34,607 nucleotides of DNA from Octopus bimaculoides (lineage: Eukaryota). Position numbers and translations under genes: made by a program. The stretch covers positions 66,160,711-66,195,317 of the forward strand of contig NC_068982.1 in assembly GCF_001194135.2 (NCBI RefSeq), given 5' to 3'. Positions 11,600 through 23,679 of this stretch are shown here, piece by piece; positions within the stretch are counted from its first letter, which is position 1; every line of letters begins with the position of its first letter. Below the pieces are notes generated by a model, which made no database searches, had not been told where the DNA came from, and was given only the letters and a program-made list of their open reading frames with translations.

Positions 11600-12760
11600 A
11601 TTGTCATGTCTCCATTAAAGAATGTTTCCAAGGTCTCCAGTTTTTGAGGCAATGCAAGTTTGGTATGAGGGGTTTCAGTTGCATAGGTATATTGAAGGTT
11701 AAGGAGTGAACAGCATTGTTAGAGGTGACAACAATTAGATTGTTTATGTACAGGAAGAAGAGCATAGGCAGTATAACTATAGTGCACACCTGAATTGGAG
11801 TAAAATTCAAAATGACACCCCACCCCTGTGACACCTCACATCTGTGCACATGTGACAGTGCATTCTAATAGGCAGCTACCAACCCAAGATGAGTTGGAAG
11901 AAGACTATACGTAAGAAATTTAGCAAGATTTCCATGTCAGCTGTTTTAGCTGATGTGAAGATCAGTGGCATTGTTTTTGCCAACTTTCTCGAGTATGAGG
12001 CACCACTGATGAGTGAGATACTAGACCAGTTCTTCAGTAGATCTTGTCCTATGGGAGCTGTTATAGATTGTCACTTAGGAGGAAGAGTGACGGAGGGAGT
12101 TGGAGATGGTGGTTGTAAAGAGACAAGCCTAAGAGGATGGTTTCAGTTGACTATTTAGCTGTTTCTGATGGGTCAAAGGTCGAAGCACATTTCTTATCAG
12201 GATTAATTAGCATAAAACCAGAAAATCTCAATCAGTGAGCTGATTTGAAGATCCATAAAGTCCTAGAGTTGATAGTTTTGAGGGAGAGGGGAAGTTGCAT
12301 AATATACAGGTTTAGCTAATTATTGAACAGCTCAATAAGAGCAGAGATGTTAAGGGTTTGATAGAGGCTAGGTTTGGAAATGAGATTAAAGATGTCAATA
12401 TATTAGTGAGGAATATGTGTAGAGGAGGATATATTTGTTGTAGATAGCGAAAGATTCTGCTTTTATACCAGCAGCGTCAACGTAGGGGGAGTATGAAGTG
12501 CTAAGAAGTGTTGTACATGTTGAAGTCTCTGGTAATGATTTCAGAGACAAGTGAAGTGAAATAAGTATTCTTAAAGTGCAATGGGTGTTGATTCACCTGT
12601 TGTTGACATAATGAAGTTCAGAGTGGGTAGAAGGAATAGAGGAATTTAGAAGAATGAAAAAGGGGAAACTGAGATAGAGCAATTGGAAGTCCTTATTCAT
12701 GATATCTGGGTGTGTGGTGTGGACACTGACTTCTACATATATACAAACGCATCTTTCAGA
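11600..12760 (-). mobile_element. Highly decayed CR1/L2-type LINE remnant
   Basis: Minus-strand fragments PMLFFLYINNL..SNNAVHS (RT, like PTLFLLFINDL) and RDFNMYN/DAAGIKAESFAI (endonuclease, like GDFNVH); many stops. Confidence 0.5.
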
Positions 12761-12959
12761 GAGAAGTTTTAATATACTGCGTAGTTTGGATAGTAGAGAT
12801 ATTTGTTGGGCGAGACATTGCAAATATTTGCAAAAAAGGAAGAGGAAATATTTCCTTAGATATTTTCATAGGTTTTGGTTTAAAACATTGAACTATTATT
12901 ATAAATGTCAATATGATTGGTTTTTATGAGTATGTGTGTTTAAAAACTTTCTATTTTTG

Positions 12960-14575
12960 TGAGCCACCAAAGGAGCTTCTATTTGGTTACTCAACCAGTT
13001 AGAAATGACTCTTAACAGTTTTCTTAAATTACACTCTACTGCCTTGAATAAAAGATATTTTGGATGATGTAGTTTTGCTGTTCAAAAAGCAAATTGGTCA
13101 CAGCTGGAATGCTTTGAATATTGGTTTAATCAATCAAGACTGACTTGGACTAGCTAAACAATTACCAATGTTGCTTTACTGTTTCTTTAATGTCCCAAGA
13201 TTGAGTTTAGCACAAATCAATACAATGTTTTTTAGCTCTCCAATTACCATATATTATTTTATTCTCTTATTGGTAGAAAATTACTGATTGTAAATTCATA
13301 TGAATAGCTTTATCTTGGAGTTTTTCCTTTGCTTAACCCTTTTGATATCAACCCAGCTGAAACTGCTTCTGGCTCAATAGTACAAATGTCTTGCTTTCAA
13401 AAGTTCTGAATTAAAATCTTCCACCAAACCTTAGTCACAATTTATGATCTTAACACTAGCTTAATGATAACTAAGTTATTTTACTAAATTCTTTGTTATA
13501 TTTATAATTAATTGAAAGAAACACAGAACATCTCAACAGAAATATGGTAACAAGAGTTAAACAGTTTGGAAAAACATCATTCAAACATCATCCTAATTTT
13601 TGAGGTTAAAACGAATTTGTGCTGATGTAGGAGATTACTGGAAACCTGCAAATGCTTTTGTACACCATTATGTCAAATGCGGTTACAGTGAATCTTGATT
13701 AAAGGAAATAGCTAATGAGATATCTAAGATTAGCAAAGAAAGTCAAACCTTCATGCATAATTTTAGCAAACGCAGTACAATATGTGACAGAATTTTTTTA
13801 GTGGTTAACTGGCACTGAAATTTTGCTTACGTTTCAAAAGTTGCCTGAAAGGTACCAGCATGTTGCGGAAAAATATCCTTGTCTCAAACAGGTATTTCCT
13901 CAGCTGCCTATTGTAGCCTTTAGATGGAATAAAAATATGAGAACTATTGACCTATTTCTGACTCCAAGAAAATTAACATTGGAGTAATCTGCATGCTGTA
14001 CCTTGAAAAACAGTCGCAAGAGAGGTAAGCCCTGTTCATTGTGCAACATCATGAGTCAAGTGAATTCCAGTAGGAATCTAAACAAAAATGCTATGATTTA
14101 TACAGAAGGCAGGATATGTAGAGATTCCCATTTGGTGTATGCAGCAGAATGCATGAAACGCAACGATTTATGTTGGTTGTACAACAAAACAATTAAACAA
14201 AAGATTTAATGGGCATAGATATAACATTTGGCACAATAACAGTAGTTTGACAGAACTTGCCAAACATTTTGCTTCAAACGGCTGCAATTTTGAAAAAAAA
14301 ATTTGAAAGTGCATATTCTCAGAAAATATTCTGAATCTGCTACACTTTCAATGCTCAAAATGCATGAGGGGAAATCTGTTTGCGGGTTATTAACACCATG
14401 CCCTGGAGGAATGAATAAAATGACAGGAGAATTTCATCAAATTTACACGAAACTGTTTGATTAAATATTCTTCATTTTCTGTTTTCTTTTTTTTCTGTCA
14501 TTTTTTTGCACCAGTTATAAAATTGAAGCTTAAAGACTGATGATGTCATTCCATCAAGGTGTGGACGCTGGTTGC
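12960..14575 (+). mobile_element. Decayed Penelope-like retroelement 3' half (RT plus GIY-YIG endonuclease), split by a MITE
   Basis: RY-LDDV at 13053-13070 (1-nt frameshift); QVFPQLPIVAFRWNKNMR; HLVYAAEC..IYVGCTTKQLNKRFNGHRYNI..LAKHF; PCPGGMN; stop at 14462-14464; CTGATGA remnant at 14537. Confidence 0.78.
13333..13560 (+). mobile_element. TTAA-flanked (piggyBac-like) MITE, copy 2, nested in the Penelope-like element
   Basis: TTAACCCTTTTG...CAAGAGTTAA termini, TTAA at both ends, no coding capacity. Confidence 0.72.
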
Positions 14576-14781
14576 TTTTGTTCATATTTTAGATTTGAAT
14601 TTCTTTAATTTTGAATTTTTATCACTTTTTATTTTGAATTCGACAAAGACAAACTTACTGTTGAAATATCGTTCAACCAATGAAATATCTATTGCAATTG
14701 TATCGCACTCTTTGTCTTGTCTGTTTATCTTTGTGAAGAGTTACATCCATCCTTTTAAAATATAATAATACAATAGTAATA

Positions 14782-15105
14782 TTGCCAGTACCGCCTGACT
14801 GGCCTTCGTAGGATTTCCAAGCGAGATCGTTGCCAGTGCCCCTGGACTGGTTCTTGTGCGGGTGGCACATAAAATACACCATTTTGAGCGTGGCCGTTGC
14901 CAGTACCGCCTGACTGGCCTTCGTGCGGGTGACACGTAAAAGCACCCACTACACTCTGAGTGGTTGGCGTTAGGAAGGGCATCCAGCTGTAGAAACTCTG
15001 CCAAATCAGATTGGAGCCTGGTGTTGCCATCCGGTTTCACCAGTCCTCAGTCAAATCGTCCAACCCATGCTAGCATGGAAAGCGGACGTTAAATGATGAT
15101 GATGA
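14782..15105 (+). mobile_element. Young RTE 3'-UTR/tail copy with internal tandem repeats
   Basis: TTGCCAGTACCGCCTGACTGGCCTTCGT at both 14782 and 14897; tail differs from 11192-11355 at only about three positions. Confidence 0.88.
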
Positions 15106-16407
15106 ATATTACCTTCTCAAATCTCATTTTACTTTTCACCTCCCTTTCAGGCTTAATAGTGAAATTGTTATATTTGAAAATGGGGATCTAATTTGACATT
15201 ACTTGTTTGAACATATTTTATAAAGACTGCTTAGAGGTGTGTAAGGGAAATGTTAACCACCACAAAACTAGCTGTCATAATTTTCTCCTTTAGTTGGACA
15301 ATCTAAGTTATGGACTGTGTTGGTTTTTTTTTTACTGTAATCCTTCTTCAAAGATGTTTGCTGTGCTTTGAAGAAGTGTTAGTTTCATTGAAATCCTCCC
15401 TTTATAGTTACATGGTTATTTTACTCAAGTCAGCTGTAATTTCTCTTTAGTGTTTTCAATAGGTTAATCTGTTATTCATACCCATATCTTCTTTGTTTTA
15501 CATTCATTCTTTAATAAAACCTTTTTTTTTTCTATAATCTTATCTGTTGTCATTAGTGTTTATAAAGTATTAGTGCTTTAAATATTTTGTCTGCCAGCTG
15601 TTATCAGTTTATTTGGATGACAGCCAAGTTTTTGGTGAATAGTTTCTGCAGCTTATAATGTTATATTCTTCAATTAACAATGAGATGTTAAACTGTACAA
15701 TTAAAAAAAAAAAAAAAATTTCCCACTAGAAACACCTTTACTTAAATCTACTTATGTTGAGTATTTAGTATTTAATTTTGAAACATTAACTTGGAAGCTA
15801 ATGAAATATTTGGTCAATTGTTTGATTAAGAATATTTCTTTTAGGACATGCTTTAAAGTAAAAACTTTGTAGTTTTTTTTTTTTTTCACAGTCCAGTAGC
15901 AGAAGGGTGGTCTGCATGGTACTTTTTACTGTCTGAGATTGATGGGTAGATGTAACTAGTTTGGGTTAGTGTAGTTTAAGTTTTAATTGTTGCAGTTTTA
16001 AGATGAAGATTAAAAAAAGAAATTGAAGGGAGTGCATATATAGATCTGAGGAAAATGGATTTGGCAATGTTTATGGTATCTTGGCATGGGTTGGATGATT
16101 TGAAAGTACTCAAGGACTACATCTACATCATGCTCTAGTGTATACATTGGCATGTTTTTTCTTTAGGGCTAGATGGCCTTCTTAATGCCAACCACTTTAC
16201 TGTGTGTACTGGGTGCTTTTCTCTTTCTACCAGCCCTAGTGAAGTTAGCATGCAGGTAGCAAGACAACAAATGGGGACTGGGTAGGGGACTGTATGCTAG
16301 GAAATGAGGAATACAAAGTTAACTTTTGTATAATAAAAGTGACAAACAGGGAAAACAATAGTTGTAAGGTTTGTGAAAATTTGGATCTCACAGCCCATAA
16401 GAAAACA

Positions 16408-16408
<1 letters not shown>

Positions 16409-16485
<77 letters not shown>
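16409..16485. repeat. (TG)~34 followed by short (AG)n
   Basis: Read directly. Confidence 0.97.
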
Positions 16486-16859
16486 CTGAACAGATACATT
16501 GAGGTGCTTGTTTTAAGAGAATTTTAGGATTAGGAGAGTTATAAACATAGGAGCCATTATTCATTCTGTCAAAAATGAGAATTAGTTTAATATGTTATCT
16601 TTATAGGAGTAATTGTTATTCAGCAATTTTGTCAGCTATTCCACCCCCATATACATAATAATATATATTATAACTATTATTTTAAATGAATGATTTTCAT
16701 CATAATTATCATGTGGTCTAATCTATATTCAAATGATAGTCATTATTTGGGTTGTATGCTTTATAGAAATTATATTACTATTCATTAAATATGGGTCACT
16801 TTGCATTTCCATGTTTTGGGGTTACTTTCTAATGTGTAACACTATGGGAAAATGTCTTC

Positions 16860-17250
16860 TACTCTAGCCTTGGACTGGTTAATGTTATGAGTGAATCTTG
16901 GTAAATAGAAACCGGAGAGGTCCATTGTGTGTGTTTTGTTTCCATGTGTCTATACATTGACACTGAGCTATCATTATTTAATGTCCAAGGCAGATTTTTT
17001 ACTGCTGGATGCCTTGTTTTTAAGTAAGGTAATATTTCCCCTTGGTTGGACATGTTTTTCACAGAAGACTGAAAATGAACATCACTTACATGATAATGAT
17101 GCTTATTTACTTCCATCATGTGATGTATAGACAGGTGCTCTAGCATGGCCTCAATCATATGACTGAAACAAGTAAAAGGGTTTCTGTTTACCTAATCCAC
17201 TCAAAGGCTTTAGTTGGCTTGGGGCTATTTCCTGTAAACAATATTTCCCA
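16860..17250 (-). mobile_element. Decayed tRNA-derived SINE with RTE-like tail
   Basis: GGCAGATTTTTTACTGCTGGATGCC, AAGGTAATATTTCCC and AATCCACTCAAAGGCTTTAGTTGGC are shared with 27385-27790. Confidence 0.55.
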
Positions 17251-20200
17251 TAACTTGGTTTTGATGTGTGAAGCCACTAGTGAAATAAAAAATACCTTAC
17301 TTAGAAAACAAAGGTTGGAGGCAGGAAGGGCATCTGACTATAGAAGTCTTGTCCAATCCCATACCACTACCGAAAGAAAAAAACAGCAGATGGAAAATCA
17401 GTGATGGTGTTAAGAGAATTTCACAGGTGAGTTATAATATAGGAGCCATTATGTATTGTCAGAGATGAAAACTGAAATAAATGTTACCCAAATATTGAAT
17501 TTTCTTTTCACTCAGTTAACCCCCTCCTGCCACACACTGAGTTATTTATTTCTCTCTGTCATTTTAAAACAATTTTTATCATAATCATCATTTAGTGTAT
17601 TTCACATTCAGCTATTAGTCATGTTTTGGGTTCTATGGTCTATAGAAACTAATGATTCATTAACTTTACAATAAGGACATTGTAGTTATTCAAATATCTG
17701 ACTAGTTGATATTGTTTAATGAGGATTTTTATTGGTGGCACTGTATAATTATTAATGGTAGAGTGTTGTTATTTATAGTTTTGTATATTATTTGAGGGTT
17801 AATGATGACTAGTACATTTTATTTAGACTTTTCTGTATCTGGATATGGGAATATTTTTACAATTATATATTCTTCCTATCATAATCCACTCAACCATGAA
17901 ACAGGTTAACTTGTTTTGTCAGTCAAGCAAACTGGCTAGATCATGCAAGGCTGCTGCTTTGCTTAGGGACATATAATAATAGTTGTAATGAGATTAAACA
18001 ATTTTTTTTATTAAGTGGTCTAACTTTTGATGGTGATGCTTATCTTCAATATCCGTAGGGAATTAGTGATGCTAACTGATCAAATGAAATGGAACTGAGT
18101 AAAGTCTACAATAGGAAAAGGGCCAGATGGTTGCATTAAATCTGGAAATTTATAGATTTGAATTAATGACCATGTGGTCAGTTCCTACCTTTTTTTTTCA
18201 TGCTGACTGAAACCTCTCTGCCTACCTACCCTTCATCTTTTAAGTTGTCATACCATTAATGTTCATTCAGAATCTCTATATTTTTTAACCACTGAGGTTC
18301 TGATAAAACAATGCTTCTTTGATGAGGCCTTATAAGATTGAAACCTATCATACAAAAGATCAGACTCTCTCCCCACTGTAACTCATTCAATTTTGAATTA
18401 GGATTTGAAACTTGTCTCTCTTACATTTTCGAAATATATAATTAATCATTAAAGCTAACTTTTTTTTATTGCAACCCACTGTGCCTAATTTTTTCAAAAT
18501 AATAAATAAGAGCTAAACGAATGGAGAAAGAATGAGATAAATGATAGTAACAGAGGGAAAGAGAAAGAGACCTATGTATGTAATGAGGAGTGACCTAAAT
18601 ACAGATATTACACATACCAACCTTCCACCACCACTACCATTGTTTTTAGTCCATTTTCCTATGCTTGCATGAGTTGGATAGGTCCTCTACAGCACAATGT
18701 TTGAATATTTCATGGTCTGTTGCTGTCTCTTTTGTGAGATTCATTATTTTGAGGTCAGTTTTTACCACTTTATATTATATCTCCTTTGTTTCCTTTTCCC
18801 CATAGAATTCATTATCATTACCTCTAAGGTCAAAGATCTTTTATCTTTTAGTGAGGATGGAAGGCAGTGACCATGACTCTTTTTACAGTCTCCAGGAGTG
18901 GTGGGAAAGAGGAAGGAAGGCATCCTCACACTGAAGACCTTGCTTGAATGCTAGCAACAGAGTGGACTCTAGTAAAGGCACCCAAAATGCCAGGTGATGA
19001 GGTTTAGCTGGGCAGTGGTTTAGCAGGCCATAGTGGGATTTGAACTTGGAATATAAAGAGCCAAAACAAATACTGTACCACATCTGATCCAATGTTCTTA
19101 CTACCATTTTGGATTGGTACTTTTTTTTATTGAATTCTGAAAGGATGAAAGGCAAAGTTGATCTCAGTAGGATTTGAAATATTGAGAGTTGGAACATACT
19201 GCAAAGCATTCTGTCTGATGTTGTAATAACTTAGCTTGTTTGCTGGTGATGTGACTGATTAAATGAATGAATTGTATTTATAAGTAAAGTTGGATTTTCC
19301 TTTCATTGACATCAAATCCTGGGGTCAATTTGTCCCCTTCTTTGGAATTTTCAGTTGTCCATTATTATCTCTGAATTGGTCTGCTGAAGTTTTTTTCTCT
19401 TTTCTACTCTTTAGACTGGGAGAACAGGATATGACCATAACTGCTGAGACTGGTGAAACTAATAATGCACATGAAGTTTGAACAGTTGCAAATCAACATT
19501 TGCAAGTAGACACTGGCATGGAGGGAACTCCAGCATGTTGACATTCTGGATTAAGCATGATTAATTGGTGCAGAGCCTGGGAGGGGTGACAAGAGTTGGG
19601 TGTACTTAGTAAAGTTATTAGGACATGAAATTAAATGCTTTCTGTGTATTTATTTCAAATCTGTGTGTCTTGAATTAAAATTTCTCCAAGGTTGACTTCA
19701 TCTTTCATCCTTTTACAGTCAATAAGGTACCATTCTAGAGTGGGGAGTGTTAGAATAAGATCATCATGTAGGGTATCTCGTATCTGTCCTACCTCTGTTC
19801 AAAATCCTGTCTAGACTGCCATTATAGTGAAGTAACGTCTTGGTGGATATATAATAATAAACAAAAAACACTACCACCAAACTAATGAGTTTATTCTTTT
19901 TTAGTAGGGACAGTGTAAGTGCTTAAAGTGCTTACTAGATGATTATGGTGATATAGAGGGTATAAAACTAGATAATTATGTATTTATGTTGTGCTGTTGA
20001 AGGAAAGAGTATTTTCATGTCCACATTAGAGAACATTTAACAATTATGCCATTAATGTACTGTAGGAAATGTAGATGACATAACCAAACCTTAGGACACA
20101 CCAGAATTTATTGTGGGTCAATGAGAGCTGCATCAGTTAATGTATGATCTAAAGATGCTTCTGACTAAAGAGTTAGGATGATGAAGTGTAAAATTGGGCA

Positions 20201-20905
20201 GTTTAGCAAGGAAACAATAATTTCTGTCTCAATCAAATGTTTTGTTGATGTTAATGTTGTTTTGTTAATGTTCTCAAAGGCAAGAGACTAAAGGAAGTAT
20301 AGGATAGGCAGTTAAGAAAATTAACATATTGCCAGTAATATTGCATAATAGAATTCCAAAGACTGGCTTTGGTTATGTGATAATTTTAATGATAGTAAAA
20401 ATAATAATGAAACTATCTCTGAATTTCATAATTATTCTCTGTTGTGGTTTGCTGGTGTTTTTCTCTTTCGTTCCATTGTTACTTGTAATGGATCTGAAAT
20501 ATCTTTGTAGTATGTAATGAGGTAATAAATGCTATTGAACAATGCAAAGTTGGAAAAAAATAACTTATTCAGTATTTCAGCTGTAAACATTATAAGCCAT
20601 TATTAAAGAGGACACAACATGGCAAAGACATGTGGGCTGTAATATTTCAACCATAAATAATTGAAAATAACTTTGCAATTGTTAATGTGTAGTTGTAGAT
20701 ACTTAATAATTCTTCTTTTATATATATTTTACCACAAAGTCCTTGATAGGAACTGTAACATCTTTATTCTAACAGCCCTTAAGATGTTTTTAGACAGACA
20801 AGCTTGTCAACTCAGTACAAATGTTATAAATACCATTCAACACTGCAAAAGTTGAAAAATGTTTTTATTTTGTTTATATTTACACTTTTAACAAACTTTA
20901 AAGTA

Positions 20906-21265
20906 TCTGGAGAGAGTCCTTCTCTTTCAGTGCCTTATAATAATTTAATACACTCACTGGTAAAATTTCCACTCATTTACTTATTTATTTTTCTAAAATT
21001 TTCGTTGCGTCTTGCAACCTTTTCAATAGTTGTTGACTATGTCCGTTATTCAAGCTGTGTTCTTTTTGTTTGTTTGTGTGCATGTGTTCCTTTTGTTTTT
21101 GTTCTTCTGGTCTTTGCTGCGTTGCAGCTTGAATAACGGACAGTCAACAACTGCTGAAAAGGTTGCAAGATGCAACGAATTTTAGAAAAATAAGTAAATG
21201 AGTGGAAATTTTATTGGTGAGTGTGTTAAATTATAAGGCACTAAAAGAGAATGACTCTCCCCAGA
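20906..21265. mobile_element. Fold-back MITE-like element with ~150-bp inverted arms
   Basis: 20906-21057 is the reverse complement of 21125-21265 with scattered mismatches and small indels; 67-nt loop; no clear TSD. Confidence 0.8.
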
Positions 21266-21581
21266 CAACAGAATATGCTTCAACACACGAACTCACATAA
21301 AGAATCTTGCAAATCAAATCCAAAAAAAGAAACCTTAAAGTGAAATCTTTAAAATAAGTAAACTACAAAGATGTTTGTTAAAAATATCATGACAATTTTT
21401 TAATCTGTGATTAAATAATGCTTTATGATATACTAAGATAGCAATACAATATGTTAGGGGAGTCAACTTTGGCAGCATATCAATGAGTGGGGTCCATCAG
21501 GTGGTCTGGTGGGTGCTCTCTTTGATAACCTTTTGGCAACACCAGGGTAGGTGGAGCTCTCCAGCTTTGTAAGGCAATTTA

Positions 21582-22434
21582 CATGGTGTGATCCATTGCC
21601 ATAGTAATGAAGCTAAGACATACAAAGTGAAGCTGCTTGGCACAAATTGACCTTAAACTCTGGTGTGCATGCACACTAAGTTTTAACATCCTAGCTCACT
21701 TCCACTGTTTACAGCAGTGCTTGGAAGGAAGGTGTGTAATGTGTGATCATCGCATTGATCATGACAGAAACTTGAGCAGAGAATCTGCATCAAATTTTGC
21801 CAAAAGCTTGGTGATACCTGCTCAGAGGCCTACACAAAGTTTTCAAAGTTCTCAACATAATGAAGGACATCTTGTGCAACTGAAACCCAAGTGTTTGTTT
21901 ATTTTTGGTCAGCTGAAAGCAGCTTTGGCACAAACTTGGCAGACACGTGTTTCATACCGAAATCTTCAGTGATGGTGGACTGAACTGAACCGTAACTAAT
22001 CTGTACATCCTCTGATAACTCATGGATGGTGATTCAATGATTTCCCCTCACAGCTGCATGCATATCTGCGATGTTTTTCTCAGTTCTGCTGGTTACTGGT
22101 CTCCCAGAACATTCATCAATATTGACAATTTTTCAGCCATCTTGGAAATGTCTGAACCACGCGTAGACTTGTGTGCAGCTCATACACCCCTCTCCACACA
22201 CTTTCTGAAACTTTGCATAGACCTCTGAGCAGTTGTTGCCATGACAACTTTCTCTGTCATGGTCAATGCAATGATCACACGCTACACACCTTCCTTCCAA
22301 GCACTGCTATAAACAGCGGCAGTGAGCTAGAATGTTAAAAATTGGGGCACATGCACAACAGAGTTCAAGGTCAATCTTTGCCAAGTGGATTCGTTACTCT
22401 GGCAACAGTCCGGATATTTATTGATCAGACCTTG
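21582..22434. mobile_element. Rearranged mariner element built from two convergent 5' ends, TA flanks
   Basis: Right TIR reads TA-CAAGGTCTGATCAATAAATATCCGGACTG; left reads TA-CATGGTGTGATC with a deletion. Plus strand LEQRICIKFCQKLGDTCSEAYTK; minus strand CSEVYAKFQK..VYAWFRHFQDG..SGRP..GMKHVSAKFVPKLL. Confidence 0.85.
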
Positions 22435-22707
22435 TACTTAGGAGAAGGCCACTTCACTGTAAAATCTACATCTTGCTAGTCACTGCAGCTGTTTTAACCT
22501 GCTTAGCTACTGTGGTCAGACCTCCAAGTCTAAAGAGTGGAGTCTGAAAATTTCTGCAGTGTCCATAATTAGTTTCCATAGCTACCTGAGGGTATGCTGC
22601 TGTTTGGACACAGAATCTATCATCATCATTGTAATATGCAGGTCGGTTATCCAGTTTACTTAAGCCTTTAGTAATAGTGGGTTTATATGTACTGTCTTTG
22701 TGGTCAG

Positions 22708-22925
22708 TTAACCCTTTTGTTACTTTATTTATTTTGAGATGCTCTGTGTTTCTTTTAATTAATTTTAAATTAACAAAGAATTTAGTAAAATAACTTAGTT
22801 ATCATTAAGTTGGTGTTAGGAACATAAATCGTGACTAAAGTTTGGTGGAAGATTTTAATTCAAAACTTATGAAAGCAAGACATTTGTACTACAGAGACAT
22901 TTTCAGCCAGGTTGGTATCGAAAGA
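22708..22925 (-). mobile_element. TTAA-flanked (piggyBac-like) MITE, copy 3 (right terminus eroded)
   Basis: TTAACCCTTTTGTTAC start; interior is the reverse complement of 13333-13560. Confidence 0.7.
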
Positions 22926-23679
22926 CAATACAATACACAGTCGCTGATGAAATCTCAACATTGAGTTGAAACTTGTTCTGCTAGTCCATTTTCTGTCCAT
23001 GACAATCTTGTTTATAGACAGTGTTTATATATATTACTAACAGTGTTGATTAAAATCTATAGCTCGTTCCTCAACCTTCAACATCACAATCAGACCACTT
23101 CTCCAAACTATATAGTTTTATACCTTCAACATCATTACAATTGTCTAGTGAATATGTTGGCAGAGGGTGAATGGGTGATGACTGGTAGTATATGAGAATT
23201 GGGTGATGGTAAAGTGTACTGGGTACAATAGTTCCAGTGTGAGCTCTTATAAAGAGTGAAGTCAGAAAATTTCTGCAGTGTCCATAATTACTGCAGGAAT
23301 GGTTGAGTGATTAAAGTGCTTATAACAAAAACAAAAGAATTAAGAATACTTTTCATTAATATTTTAAAATAGATATATAAAATAATGCTAGCAATATATT
23401 CAAAAATATTTTTCTAGCTAGTTTTGCTTAACTGATCTTGTTTGCTAAAATATATTACCTGCACACATTGTCCTCCCCCCGCCATTAATTGTATTATTTT
23501 CAGCATATTTGGCCATGGGTAAAAATACCTTGCTTGGAAACAGGTGAGAAATTGATAAGAAGGGCATAGTCATAGAAAATCTGATTCATGTAAGCATGGA
23601 AAAGGGGATGTAAAAAGAATTGACGATATATTGTTTGAAGAAATTTATGTATTGAAATTTTTTTCCTTTTTTTTTCCAG

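Larger units (their letters stand above)
619..23679 (+). other. GOLGA2: Intron 1 of the GOLGA2-like gene (~23.1 kb, GT-AG, phase 0)
   Basis: GT at 619-620; long T tract plus CCAG at 23659-23679; the join restores the GM130 motif in frame; interior is repeat-rich with no coding signal. Confidence 0.75.

Noticed and set aside
14782-14945. Spaced direct repeats resembling a mini CRISPR array
   Set aside because: Two to three degenerate tandem units inside a retroelement UTR, no unique spacers and no cas genes, eukaryotic context.
14673-15040. Three overlapping minus-strand ORFs suggesting a compact coding locus
   Set aside because: All lie in a GC-richer RTE 3'-UTR repeat, and the same peptide recurs at 10799-11290.
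20804-21136. 110-aa hydrophobic ORF as a membrane protein
   Set aside because: Runs through the T-rich arm and loop of the fold-back element; no splice or homology support.
21637-22228. ORFs 21637-21972 and 22022-22228 as functional or domesticated transposase
   Set aside because: Off-frame or antisense readings; the real transposase frames contain stops and deletions and lack the catalytic domain.
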